A DNA stretch of 64,000 nt from Nemertoderma westbladi. Lineage: Eukaryota; Animalia; Xenacoelomorpha. Every line of letters starts with the position of its first letter. Within the stretch, counting starts at the first letter, position 1. Shown one piece after another: positions 23,834-37,612 of the stretch. A model generated the notes under the pieces. The model ran no database searches and was not told where the DNA came from. It worked only from the letters and a program-made list of their open reading frames with translations. The DNA lies in contig JAUCBJ010007475.1 of the NCBI GenBank assembly GCA_032718475.1, positions 1 through 64,000 of the forward strand. Reading direction: 5' to 3'. Position numbers and translations under genes: made by a program.

Positions 23834-25399
23834 CACGAAGTGGGGCCTTCGCGCAGCACGTGACTTAAATTTAATTTAAGTACTAATTTGAAAGTATTAC
23901 TGTATTAGCAAATTTTAAGCAGATTTCGCCTAATCACTTTTTACCTCTTCCATTTCTATTCAGACATTTCTGACTCTAGCGGTATAGTGAGAACTGAAGA
24001 TGGATTAGGGTCTCCAGCCCCACAAAGACACAGCCTATGGATGAATAGTACACACGTACATCGGCCAAGTTTCATCTTGAATAACGGATAACGAAATGAG
24101 AGACGGATCTCACTTTCAGAAATTTCGTCGTATAGCGGCAGACCGATTAAATCTCCCCCCCCCCCCCCCCCCCCCCCACAAAGACGCAGCATGTGGTCCA
24201 GAATATATGGCAAGATTCAGCTTAAACTGATTAAAATCAATGAGACGGGAGAATCTATTCACTTTCAGGCATAAAGTAGTCCTATAGCGGGTGACTGTTG
24301 AACTGATTTTCAACAAAACAAATTTTCAATTTGGCAGCTTTAAATTCGACAAAGTTATAAGCATGTCAATATCATAACGACGACAACGATTTCACTTTCA
24401 GACATTTGGCCCTCTAGCGGCAGACTGGAGAACTGCAGATGGATTCGCCTCCTTTGAAAGTCACAGCTAATGGTCTAATACATATCTGCCAAGTTTCAGC
24501 TTAAACGGATTAAAAGCAAAGAAATGGGAGGGCATTTAATGTTTAGACATGTGGCCCTCTAGCGGGAGACCATTGCACTGATGGTGTCTGAAAGTCTCTC
24601 AAAAATCTCAACTTTAGCTCATATTGATACCTAGAAATTTTCAACTTGGCAGCTTTAAATCCGACAAAGTTTCAAAAATCTCAACTTTAGCTCATATTGA
24701 TACCTAGAAATTTTCAACTTGGCAGCTTTAAATCCGACAAAGTTATTAGCATGTCAAAATCGTAACGACGACAACGATTTCACTTTCAGACCTTTGGCCC
24801 TCTAGCGGCAGACTGGAGAACTGCAGATGGATTCGCCTCCTTTGAAAGTCACAGCTAATGGTCTAATACATATCTGCCAAGTTTCAGCTTAAACGGATTA
24901 AAAGCAAAGAAATGGGAGGGCATTTAATGTTTAGACATGAGGCCCTCTAGCGGGAGACCATTGCACTGATGGTGTCTGAAAGTCTCTCAAAAATCTCAAC
25001 TTTTGCTCATATTGATACCTACAAATTTTCAACTTGGCAGCTTTAAATCCGACAAAGTTATTAGCATGTCAAAATCGTAACGACGACAACGATTTCACTT
25101 TCAGACCTTTGGCCCTCTAGCGGCAGACTGGAGAACTGCAGATGGATTCGCCTCCTTTGAAAGTCACAGCTAATGGTCTAATACATATCTGCCAAGTTTC
25201 AGCTTAAACGGATTAAAAGCAAAGAAATGGGAGGGCATTTAATGTTTAGACATGTGGCCCTCTAGCGGGAGACCATTGCACTGATGGTGTCTGAAAGTCT
25301 CTCAAAAATCTCAACTTTTGCTCATATTGATACCTACAAATTTTCAACTTGGCAGCTTTAAATCCGACAAAGTTATTAGCATGTCAAAATCGTAACGAC

Positions 25400-25431
<32 letters not shown>

Positions 25432-25528
25432 CGACGACAACGACGACGACAACTATTTGCATAAATTGACCCACCCCCTAACAGTGTCAATTCGCTAAGG
25501 CTCCGCCAACTTCGTGGCTTGCCCCACA
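23834..25528 (-). mobile_element. Non-autonomous Helentron/DINE-like element with ~300-bp internal tandem repeats and a (GTC/GTT)n microsatellite
   Basis: Absent at the paralogous site near 63804; short inverted cacgaagt/acttcgtg near the ends; repeats at 24320-25400; microsatellite at 25395-25452; no clear TSD. Superfamily assignment is inferred from architecture. Confidence 0.6.
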
Positions 25529-26380
25529 AATTAATAAGCTCGAATGTATCATTGCCATTTACAGATTTAAAGGAGCAGATTACAGAGGCGTGTTGGGGGA
25601 ACCAAAACAATAAACGAAAGTTAACACATGTTACAAGATTATGCAGGTTACTTTTATTTAAAGGCTGAAAGGAGCAGGTTACAGCTTACAGAGGCGTGTT
25701 GGGGGAACCAAAACAATAAACGAAAGTTAACACATGTTTCAAGATTATGCAGGTTACTGAATTGGGTCTTGGGTCTTTGTTTTGTACTCACCAACATCAA
25801 ACTGTTTCTTCCTGTAAATAAACGAAGCATTTCATCGGTTAACTCCTGAAATCAAATTATTCCCTTACAGTTTCTAAATTACTGTCACTTTGTCTATCTT
25901 CTCAGATCCCTCCAAGAATTGCGAAGAGCTGGTTGCATTTTACCCTCACTATCGTGGATTCTTACAGTCTTACTTGTCAGTAATTGTGTAAATTTGAACG
26001 ACAAGTAATCTCTGATTTTTTATTTGATCTATATTTTATATTTAATCTTAGTTATACTGGTAGCCTAATATATAATAGCTTAATTATTTATTATTGCGTA
26101 CTACATGTACTATAATAATGGCATTACAGTATAGTTGATGTATCGATATTTACGAAGTGTGCCACATGTAAGAGAAAAGAACATCAGCAATCACCATCAA
26201 CCAGCTCACTGTTTCAGATTTGCACATCCAGGTATCATTGTCAGAGGTTCTGCAACCACTAGTTTCAATAGACTATTTTGCCTAACTGCTGGGGCATTAG
26301 GATTTAAACACAGCTGTCTTACAAATTATAATTTGGGTTATTTCACCCACCTGCACAACAGAGCAATCACTACTGGTAAT

Positions 26381-27357
26381 ATGGATAACCTAATGGATAG
26401 CGATAGTGACAGCATCACAGGAGAGTCTACAGTTAAAAAGAAGGTTATTAAGAAACCGGAAGCTTCTATGCCTTGTACTGCAAATAAACGACTATCTATC
26501 GAGAGAATTTATCATAAGAAGACCCAACTTGAGCATATATTGCTGAGACCTGATACTTATATTGGTTCCGTAGAAACGGTAACTCAGCCAATGTGGATTC
26601 ATGATGGCAGGAAACTGCGTCTTAAAGAAGTTTCTTTTGTCCCCGGTTTGTACAAAATACACTTGAGATTCTTGTAAACGCTGCTGATACTTATTATCAG
26701 CAGCATTTACAAGAATCTCATCAACTATTTTGTACAAACAGGGACAAACCGGGGTTCGAGATTCCAACATGAGTCTTATAAAGGTGGTCATAGAACCTGA
26801 AAACAATTTAATTAGTGTTTGGAACAATGGCAGGGGAATTCCTATACAGATACACAAAACCGAGAAAATGTACGTTCCCACCATGATTTTCGGTCATTTG
26901 CTGACCTCCAGCAACTTTGATGACGACCAGAAGAAGGTAACTGGTGGAAGAAACGGTTATGGAGCTAAATTATGTAACATTTTCTCTAAACGTTTTATCT
27001 TGGAGACGGGAAATAAAGAAGAAGATGGTGCGAAGATATTTAAACAAGAATGGAAAGATAATAAGACTCAAACAAAAGATCCTGTTGTGAAATCCGGAAG
27101 GGATAATTTTACAAGTCTTACCTTCTACCCGGATTTAGAAAAGTTTCATTTATCACGGCTCGAGGATGATTTTGTTGGAATGGTTCGTCGACGTGCCTAC
27201 GATGTTGCTGCTACCACTCAGGGTAAAGTGAACGTTACTTTCAATGGAGAACGAATACCTGTGAAGAACTTTAAGGAGTATGTGGAGCTGTACATTAAAG
27301 CAGTTCATCAGGATGAAGATGGTGAAGAAATTCCTCTTGTTTATGAAAAAATAAATG
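26381..27357 (+). pseudogene. TOP2: Intronless fragment of DNA topoisomerase II (ATPase domain), disrupted by an inverted duplication
   Basis: KRLSIERIYHKKTQLEHILLRPDTYIGSVE, FVPGLYKI, DEILVNAADNK (on the inverted arm), WNNGRGIP, IFGHLLTSSNFDD..KKVTGGRNGYGAKLCNIFS. Confidence 0.93.
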
Positions 27358-27455
27358 ATTTATTTTTTCATAAACAAGAGGAATTTCTTCACCATCTTCA
27401 TCCTGATGAACTGCTTTAATGTACAGCTCCACATACTCCTTAAAGTTCTTCACAG

Positions 27456-28513
27456 CTTCCTCATCCTCCAGTTCAACATCTTCGAGTTCCAACTCGGGAT
27501 CCGGGGGTCGCCATGGGGACCGTCGACGCGCGGACGCCCCCCAGCGTGTCGGAACGAAAGGTCGTCGTCGCCGGCGGTCCCCCCGTGGTGACGAGAGGAA
27601 GCGATCGGAGCGTTCCCCCCGCGCGGAACGCGAGCGGTCTCCGCGTCGCAAACGGAAGTCCCGTTCCCGATCCAAACCCAAGGAGTCGGGGAGACGGGGG
27701 CTCGAGCGGGACGGTGGGGGAAAGCGGGGGGACGGGGGAGGGGCGAAACAGATGGAGGAAAGACATAAGGACAACAGAGAGGCCAGGGAGGCGAGTTTGG
27801 AACGGCATCGAGAGAAAAATAGAAAATACGTTCGATATTTAATGAGAGAAGCGAGATTCTTCGTGATAAAAAGTAACAACCACGAGAAAGTGGCGTTGGC
27901 CAAGGCGAAAGGGGTTTGGTCAACACCACCTATGAACGAAAAGCGTTTGAACTGGGCCTTCAAAGAGTCGCGCAATGTAATTCTAATATTCTCTGTGAAG
28001 GAGAGCGGAAAGTTTCAGGGCGTAGCGAGATTGGCGAAGTTGTCCAACCGAGATGGGCCTATGGTTCAGTGGGTTCTTCCGCAAGGGTTGACGAACGCGG
28101 CTCTAGGCGGCGTCTTTAAGATCGACTGGCTCAACCGGAAGGATCTGCACTTCGAGAAGACTGCGCATCTCTTCAACCCCTGGAACGAGAACAAACCAGT
28201 TAAGATCGGTCGCGACGGACAGGAGGTTGAACCCGGATGCGCCAAGGCGCTGTGTGATCTGTTCCCGCCTGACGATCACATATCCGTCGCGGATATCGTG
28301 CGACGTGTGCGACGCGATCGCGCGATGGAAGGCGATGATATCGATTGTAAGCGTCGTAAAGGCGCGCCCGAGACGCCGCTGGATGGGGGGTCGGTTCGGG
28401 ATCGGCGACCTCCACCGAGACGGGACGACGATAGGTACCACCGAGCCGAGCGCTACCGACCCCCCCCCCCCCCCCCGAGCGATACGGGTTCCTGCCGCCC
28501 CCGCCCCCCATGA
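27456..28513 (+). pseudogene. YTHDC1: Intronless YTH-domain m6A reader (YTHDC1/YT521-B-like), 5'-truncated and fused to the TOP2 palindrome
   Basis: RS-rich segment, then [69 protein letters not shown]. Confidence 0.9.
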
Positions 28514-29108
28514 TGATCCCGGCGGGGGGCGGGGTCTACGGGCCTCCCCCGCCCGGCTACCCCCCAATGCCCCCCCGACCCAGCCCCTACTCAACCCCTA
28601 TCTACATGGACGCGTCCGGCCCTGTCCCGGGTTACACTCGCTCAGGTAACGGACGCGACGATACCCGGTACCTTCCTCGACGCAGATAGTTCCGTCGTGG
28701 AATATTGGCGCACACGAATTACCTGCATTTAATGACGAGTTATTTCTACATCACGTATTCTTTATAACGCAACTTTTATTAAAGTCTAAATGATAACGAT
28801 ATGGTAAATGATATTTCCTTCTTCGAGTTATGCAACTTTAACAAATCGTATTATTATTGATATAATAATTTGTTGAAATTATTTCAAATCGATTATTTGA
28901 TTAGTTTACAAATAATATTATTTCAATCGTTATTTTCATGTTTAATGTGGACTTCTGTCAATCTTTTCAGTTAGTAAATGTTTGAACATATTGAATAGAA
29001 TAGATACAGCGTCTCATGTGGGCGAAGGTCCCTCAAATTTTTCATATCTTATATCAATATCGGTATGATAATAAGTGAATTGTTGTGGGGTGAGTGACGC
29101 GGTGAATC

Positions 29109-29398
29109 AAATATACAATGTAAATAGGACAAATATGATAATGCTCTCCATAGCGAAAAATATATTTTCCTTTATACTTTACCTATATATACTTTCCTTT
29201 GAGTGATTAGTTGGCCTAAATATGATCTCCCACTCCACAGCGAAATATTCATCCGGTCTGGTAGCTCAGTACACTCACCCGGCTGATGATAACCAGAAGT
29301 TTGAAACCTAGGTACCGGGTTCGAGCCCCAATAGGGCCGGTTGATATTTTTCGCTATGGAGAGCATTATCATATTTGTCCTATTTACATTGTATATTT
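29109..29398 (+). mobile_element. tRNA-derived (SINE-like) sequence enclosed by 55-bp inverted repeats
   Basis: A box TAGCTCAGT and B box GGTTCGAGCCC within 29253-29340; arms 29109-29163 and 29344-29398; direct repeat aatatcggtatga at 29057 and 29400. Confidence 0.6.
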
Positions 29399-29855
29399 AA
29401 ATATCGGTATGAGAACTCACGTTTAATTTATTAATTGTTACGATAAAAATTAATAGATACCTAGACCAACGGCATACCAAACCAAGCCAAATCTCCACAT
29501 AGTTGTCGCAATTTCGTTCCTCCCTAGTCCCTTTTATCCCTTTCAAGTTGGTCAAGTTCGCCCACGTTAACGCCTAAGTGATCAGAGTACATGTGAAACA
29601 CGAACCACCGTAGGCAACCCGTAGGCAACCCGAAGGCTCCTCTCTCTTGGCTGTTACCTGTTAGGCAGGGAGGGAGGACTCCCAAGATCGAATATTTTCA
29701 CTATCCAACCGTTTTCTTTACTTCCCCGACATCCATGTTACCGGCCAGGTACCCATTATAATAGATTATCTATATATAATAGAATAGCTGGGTGGTCTGA
29801 AGGTAGTTCATTCGAGTTAACAGCTTAACTAAATCGAGGATGTTCCGTATCTGGG

Positions 29856-32800
29856 TATGATGCCACACTTACCTACAGTACCTGTTCTACCTCAACCCTG
29901 ATGCCACACCTACCTACCTACCTACCTACCTTGCTACCTCAACTCTGATGATGCCACACTTACCTGCCTGTTTAGATGCCACACTTACCTACCTGTTCTG
30001 ATGCCACACTTCCTACTTGTTCTGATGCCACACTTACCTTCTTGTTCTGATGCCACACTTCCCTAAATGTTTTAATGCCACACTTACCTACTTGTTCTGA
30101 TGACACACTTACCTACCTGTTCTGTTGCCACACTTACCTCTTGTTCTGATGCCACACTTACCTACTTGTTCTGATGCCACACTTACCTACCTGTTCTGAT
30201 GCCACACTTACCTACTTGTTCTGATGCCACACTTACCTACTTGTTCTGATGCCACACTTACCTACCTGTTCTGATGCCACACTTACCTACTTGTTCTGAT
30301 GCCACACTTACCTTCTTGTTCTGATGCCACACTTACCTTCTTGTTCTGATGCCACACTTACCTAACTGTTTTGATGCCACACTTACCTACTTGTTCTGAT
30401 GCCACACTTACCTACCTGTTCTGATGCCACACTTACCTACTTGTTCTGATGCCACACTTACCTACTTGTTCTGATGCCACACTTAACCTACCTGTTCTGA
30501 TGCCACACTTACCTACTTGTTCTGATGCCACACTTACCTTCTTGTTCTGATGCCACACTTACCTTATTGTTCTGATGCCACACTTACCTAACTGTTTTGA
30601 TGCCACACTTACCTACTTGTTCTGATGCCACACTTACCTACCTGTTCTGATGCCACACTTACCTACCTGTTCTGATGCCACACTTACCTACCTGTACTAA
30701 TGCCACACTTTCCTACTTGTTCTGATGCCACACTTACCAACCTGTTCTGATACCACTCTTACCTACCTATTCTGATGCCACACTTATCTACCTTGCTACC
30801 TCAACTCTGATGCCACACTTACCTACCTTGCTACCTCAACTCTGATGCCACTCTTATCTACCTTGCTATCTCAACTCTGATGCCACTCGTATCTACCTTG
30901 CTACCTCAACTCTGTTGCCACACTTACCTACCTTGCTACCTCAACTCTGATGCCACACTTACCTACTTGTTCTGATGCCACACTTACCTACTTGTTCTGA
31001 TGCCTCACTTATCTACCTGTTCTGATGCCACACTTACCTACTTGTTCTGATGCCACACTTACCTACCTGTTCTGATGCCACACTTACATACTTGTTCTGA
31101 TTCCACACTTACCTACTTGTTATGATGCCACACTTACCTACCTGTTCTGATGCCACACTTACCTACTTGTTCTAATGCCACACTTACCTACCTGTTCTGA
31201 TGCCACACTTACCTACGTGTTCTGATGCCACACTTACCTAACTGTTCTGATGCCACTCTTATCTACCTATTCTGATGCCACACTTATCTACCTTGCTACC
31301 TTAACTCTGATGCCACACTTACCTACCTTGCTACCTCAACTCTGATGCCACTCTTATCTACCTTGCTATCTCAACTCTGATGCCACTCTTATCTACCTTG
31401 CTACCTCAACTCTGATGCCACACTTACCTACCTTGCTACCTCAACTCTGATGCCACTCTTATCTACCTTGCTACCTCAACTCTGATGCCACACTTACCTA
31501 CCTTGCTACCTCAACTCTGATGCCACTCTTATCTACCTTGCTACCTCAACTCTGATGCCACACTTACCTACCTTGCTACCTCAACTCTGATGCCACTCTT
31601 ATCTACCTTGCTACCTCAACTCTGATGCCACTCTTATCTACCTTGCTACCTCAACTCTGATGCCACACTTACCTACCTTGCTACCTCAACTCTGATGCCA
31701 CTCTTATCTACCTTGCTACCTCAACTCTGATGACACACTTACCCACCTTGCTACCTCAACTCTGATGCCACTCTTATCTACCTTGCTACCTCAACTCTGA
31801 TGCCACACTTACCTACCTTGCTACCTCAACTCTGATGCCACACTTACCTACCTTGCTACATCAACTCTGATGCCACACTTACCTACTTGTTCTCGATGCC
31901 ACACTTACCTACTTGTTCTGATGCCACACTTACCTACCTGTTCTGATGCCACACTTACCTACTTGTTCTGATGCCACTCTTATCTACCTATTATGATGCC
32001 ACACTTATCTACCTTGCTACCTTAACTCTGATGCCACACTTACCTACCTTGCTACCTCAACTCTGATGCCACACTTACCTACCTGTTCTGATGCCACACT
32101 TACCTACTTGTTCTGATGCCACACTTACCTACCTGTTCTGATGCCACACTTACCTACTTGTTCTGATGCCACACTTACCTACCTGTTCTGATGCCACTCT
32201 TATCTACCTTGCTACCTCAACTCTGATGCCACACTTACCTACCTTGCTACCTCAACTCTGATGCCACACTTACCTACTTTTTCTGATGCCACACTTACCT
32301 ACTTGTTCTGATGACACACTTAGCTACCTGTTCTGATGCCACACTTACCTGATTGTTCTGATGCCACACTTACCTACTTGTTCTGATGCCACACTTACCT
32401 ACCTGTTCTGATGCCACACTTACCTACTTGTTCTGATGCCACACTTACCTACCTGTTCTGATGCCACACTTACCTACTTGTTCTTATGCCACACTTACCT
32501 ACTGTACCTGTGCTAACCCAACAACTCTGATGCCACACTTACCTACTGTACCTGTGCTAACCCAACAACTCTGATGCCACAATTACCTACTGTACCTGTG
32601 CTAACCCAACAACTCTGATGCCACACTTATCTACTGTACCTGTGCTAACCCAACAACTCTGATGCCACAATTACCTACTGTACCTGTGCTAACCCAACAA
32701 CTCTGATGCCACACTTACCTACTGTACCTGTGCTAACCCAACAACTCTGATGCCACACTTACTTACTGTACCTGTGCTAACCCAACAACTCTGATGCCAC

Positions 32801-33735
32801 ACTTACCTACTGTACCTGTGCTAACCCAACAACTCTGATGCCACACTTACCTACTGTACCTGTGCTAACCCAACAACTCTGATGCCACACTTACCTACTG
32901 TACCTGTGCTAACCCAACAACTCTGATGCCACACTTACCTACTGTACCTGTGCTAACCCAACAACTTTGATGCCACACTTACCTACTGTACCTGTGCTAA
33001 CCCAACAACTCTAATGCCACACTTATCTACTGTACCTGTGCTAACCCAACAACTCTGATGCCACATTTACCTACTGTACCTGTGCTAACCCAACAACTCT
33101 GATGCCTCACTTACCTACTATACCTGTGCTAACCCAACAACTCTGATGCCACACTTACCTACTGTATCTGTGCTAACCCAACAACTCTGATGCCACACTT
33201 ACCTACTGTACCTGTGCTAACCCAACAACTCTGATGCCACACTTACCTACTGTACCTGTGCCAACCCAACAACTCTGATGCCACACTTATCTACTGTACC
33301 TGTGCTAACCCAACAACTCTGATGCCACACTTACCTACTGTACCTGTGCTAACCCAACAACTCTGATGCCTCACTTACCTACTATACCTGTGCTAACCCA
33401 ACAACTCTGATGCCACACTTACCTACTGTTCCTGTGCTAACTCAACAACTCTGATGCCACACTTACCTACTGTACCTGTGCTAACCCAACAACTCTGATG
33501 CCACACTTACCTACTGTACCTGTGCTAACACAACAACTCTGATGCCACACTTACCTACTGTACCTGTGCTAACCCAACAACTCTGATGCCACACTTACCT
33601 ACTGTACCTGTGCTAACCCAACAACTCTGATGCCACACTTACCTACTGTACCTGTGCTAACCCAACAACTCTGATGCCACACTTACCTAAACTGTACCTG
33701 TGCTAACCCAACAACTCTGATGCCACACTTACCAC
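29856..33735 (+). repeat. Modular satellite: 20-bp core CTGATGCCACACTTACCTAC in 25-, 35- and 44-bp units
   Basis: Core + (t/c)tgtt, core + cttgctacctcaact, and core + tgtacctgtgctaacccaacaact. Confidence 0.97.
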
Positions 33736-36339
33736 CTACAGTACTTGCAAAGCCTTCCTCAACTCTGGGCTTTGTCAAGAATTACTGTGTAATAACTACA
33801 GTAATTTGCTGAGTATAATATTTTGAATCTTACTTGTTGTGTAGTATTACTTTCAATCGCTATTCCTGGCCCTTTTCAGAACATTTCTTATACTGTACAC
33901 AGTATTATAGAACTACTGCTATACTATACTAAATAGGGGCCTGGCCTACTGTACGTCAACTTCGATCTCAAACTGCACTACTGAACTTCGTTACGCCCTC
34001 CACTTATCCATCCAGATTATTGTATGTGGGAAAGTATAGTACAGTACAGTACATAGTACACATACACACTATAATGCCCCTATTCAAAGTTTCAAATGAG
34101 TCCCTGTGTATGAGGGATCATCACCTTGCAGAAACAACATCTCACAGTCTCAGATTCATCTTGCGCTGCTTCTCTTGCGTGATCGAACATGGACAATATA
34201 TGATAGAGCGAGCCCTTCTGATATCAATAAATCAACAATCGAGCCGATTAATTTACATCATGGGGGTATCATACTTCAAAGGCATTTCAATTAAATACAG
34301 GGAGATATTGTTGGAAACTGGATAGCTGACGACCTACGTTTGTATGTAAATCCACTCTCTGAGCTGAGGGGCATTTAGTTTATTTAATTGATGTCATTAT
34401 TAATTAGACAGTCGTCTATAAATCTTGCAACGGTAAATAACTGTATGGTTATATTTTAACAAATACTTAGGCCTACTAAAAATTAGGTCTGCCTAAACGG
34501 TATTATTTTACATTTGTACAGCCTGCTCAAGTAGTAAAGTTGGGCATACTGTATATGGTTCGATCCACTCGATAATAGGGGAAATTACTGTAGTATCTAA
34601 AAACCTCCATAACTTTCGCCGTACAGTATGATCAACTTTCTTGATAAAAAGTCCTCTATAATATAAAGTGTTATTCATTATCTTAAAGGGGATACTGTAG
34701 TTTTGAAAGAGGACAATTACCGAAAGCTACCGGAAGTTTTGCGAAAAGGTTATCGAAAAGGTTAAAGTTGGGGTGAAAGCTATCCATTCACAGATAGAGG
34801 GACAATTTCGCACTCTCAGCGTTCGATAGCATTCACAAACAAAAATATATGGGCTATAATTCAAATAATTGCTGTTTAATTTCAAATTTCCTTCGCGAAA
34901 TATAAATTAACTGACACAGTAAGGGCTCTACTACTACTAGTGCTAGGCTTGATGATTAGGCCTGACCTCAATTGTGACGGGATCCCCGAGTTAGCGAGGG
35001 AATCCCGACCAGGTTTTGTCTTGGTTCAATACGCGTCGCCTCATCCGCTTGCTGTGGCTGAATGACTGAAGGCCGGTTACAATAAAAGAGTTTGGTGTTA
35101 ATGTTGTTAATCTCTGATAAGTATACAAGTACCGGTAGTATAGCACAATCAGTAACACAATGACAGCAGACAGCCGATAACGGTTGAAAACCGTTCGACT
35201 TCTGCTCACCAAATATACCAACTAAAGCACAATTGACAGAGTAACGGTTATATATTACATGGAACACATTAACTACCTAGGTTGGCTAAACCAGTGGATG
35301 CGCTGTAATTGGACACATGCTGTCCCTCCATTGGTCGATCTATCCCCTTGGCCAAACCTACCTTCCCCTGTTCCTATGCTAGCTTCTACCCTGAGATGAG
35401 CTGTGCGCTGGCATCTCTCCCTGTGGCTGGCACTGTGTATATTGCTAGGTGCCAATTGTTAGGTGACATTATATTGGTAATGTCACCTAATCAACTATAA
35501 TTGGTAAAAAGCCACTTTCCCTATTTTCCGCTGGGTAGTGCAGCGAATTGGATCCGCTCACATCAATTCAGTTACTTGATCACCAGGGCCGAGTAACTCA
35601 AAAAATCTTGAGATTGACCTTGAAACTAACCTTGAATCTATTTTACTAGTATTCCTATCTGAAATATTTCAAGGTCAACCTTAAGGTAGACTTAAGATTT
35701 TCCTCAAGGTAAACTTGACATTTCAAGCCGGTAACACAAAATATCTTGACTTGAGTTGAAGTCAAGATTCGAGATAAATTTCAAGGTAGCCATGGAGGTA
35801 CCTTCAAATTTCAATGTATCTTCAAATCAATGTTTCAGCAGTTAGCTGTTAGCCTTCCGCTACCGGTACCGTAAGCGGCATTTTTGCAGAATACCCCAGA
35901 CCCGAAATTTCTAAATGAAACTCAGTTGATCATGAATATAATGAATGATACTGTAGCTCGAGTTATACTGTACAGCGGCACTTCTAAGAGTATGTGTACC
36001 CATGACCGGGATTTTTTGGTAGTAGCTAGTTTTTGCTACTTTTTTTTAAATTTTCTATATCAAATTAGCTATAGTTTTGTAAAAAAAAAATGTTCTAGAA
36101 CAAATATTTTTTGTTCTAGAACATTTAAAAAAAAATAAATTTATTAGAAATTATTTGTTATGTTAATAAATAGTTTAATTATCTATAAACATTGATAGCT
36201 ACTAATTATTTTCAAGCTAGCTAGTGATTTTACAAGTTTAGCTATCATTTAAAAAAAATTTCAGAAATTAATTGAAATTATGTGTAATAAATTGTTTTTT
36301 TTTAATAATAGCTAACTTGCAAAATCACTAGCTAGCCTG

Positions 36340-36990
36340 AATATTAAAACAACACCAATAAAAACCTGTCCCGGAGATCCCCTACCTTCTACAATCCTGA
36401 AGGGTTGCATCCACTTATTAATTCCAGTGTTTGTATTAATCATCAACTTGTCATTCTCTACTGCAAAAGTACCGATCCTCTTCAAGGAGTCAACATTACG
36501 GCCCCTTATTAAGAAAGTGCGCCTTGATCCAAATGTTCTAAACAACTTCAGACCAATATCTAATCTGAAGTATATAGCTAAACTCACGGAGAGAGTAGTT
36601 GCAAGACAGTTAATGCATAATTTAACTATAAACTCACTACATGAACCTTTTCAGAGTGCCTATCGTAGCGCACACAGTGTTGAGACCGTACAGTACGATG
36701 CATTGATGATGGTGAGAGTGTTATTTTGATAATGCTAGATCTATCCGCTGCTTTCGATTCGATCGATCACGATATATTGCTTTCCACTCTAAAGAACGAT
36801 TTTGGTATCTACGGCCAGACTCTAAATTGGTTCAAATCTTATTTGTCAGATCGGATACAGAAGGTTCAGATAGGCTCAGCACAATCTGCTTCCAGAACAT
36901 TGCGGTATGGTGTACCACAAGGTTCGGTACTTGGACCCCTGCTTTTCACACTGTATACTCGGTCACTATCCCGCGTTATTGCTAAATATT
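36340..36990 (+). mobile_element. CR1/L2-group LINE RT fragment
   Basis: NFRPISNL..IAKLTERVV..QL, FQSAYR..HSVET, MLDLSAAFDSIDH, WFKSYLSDR.Q, GVPQGSVLGPLLF. Confidence 0.9.
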
Positions 36991-37309
36991 ATGGTCAATA
37001 TTGTAGTCAATACAGTTTAGTAGTGTTATTTCAGTAATTCGTATAATATTCTGATAATAACATGACTACAGGTATAGTAAATCACATGCAGAGAGAACAA
37101 CATAACGATACCGGTAGGTATATAACACAGTAGTGATAGATCCCAGTGCAAACGGTAGTTGCACATAATAACAATAATAACAATATCGTACCAATTTATT
37201 TATTTTTTTTTTATTTTTTTAACTCCTATATTTGATTACTTTCAATTTGATAGGGATCTGATTTATCCAATGCAGTTTATTGCGATACATTTCTTAAAGG
37301 TAGTGCTAT

Positions 37310-37612
37310 TTAATGCTTCCACAAATCAGTTAAAAGTTCAATAAAGACACGTGGGTCACTCAAGATCCGAGAAAGAATAGCAGATGCGGAACTCTTGGCT
37401 TTCGTTAGGGTATCTGCCAGCTGTAGTTTAGTAGGAACCCATTTAAGTAGTTGAATATCTCCAATACGTTCTTTAATAAATGCAAAATCAATTGCAAGTC
37501 GCTTCTCTTGAGGAATTTTTCCACTGACAAGGTCGTAAACCAACCCTTGATGGTCACAATAGTAGTAGACGTTTTTAACTTCAAGTTTTGTGATATTCTC
37601 AATGAGTATCTT
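37310..37612 (-). pseudogene. Copia RNase H C-terminal part
   Basis: EKRLAIDFAFIKE..LKWVPTKLQLADTLTK. Confidence 0.88.

Larger units (their letters stand above)
19958..25750 (+). repeat. Segmental duplication, copy 1 (partner at 52666-64000)
   Basis: Long near-identical direct match, e.g. ORFs 20495/53184, 21581/61564, 22670/62646 and 23089/63065. Confidence 0.93.

Noticed and set aside
27295-27975. 226-aa minus-strand ORF ending in TOP2 sequence
   Set aside because: Antisense of YTHDC1 running into the palindromic arm
26381-28513. Functional host TOP2 gene or giant-virus insertion
   Set aside because: Truncated and rearranged; sequences look animal-like and no viral hallmark genes are present
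29740-29830. ccaggtacccatt...agctgggtgg resembling a conserved SINE central domain
   Set aside because: Too short and degenerate to support without a search
29856-33735. CRISPR-like repeat-spacer appearance
   Set aside because: The linkers are only three recurrent sequences, not unique spacers; no cas genes; eukaryotic context
33868-33882. GGCCCTTTTCAG resembling a histone stem-loop
   Set aside because: The 3' arm is missing, so no hairpin forms
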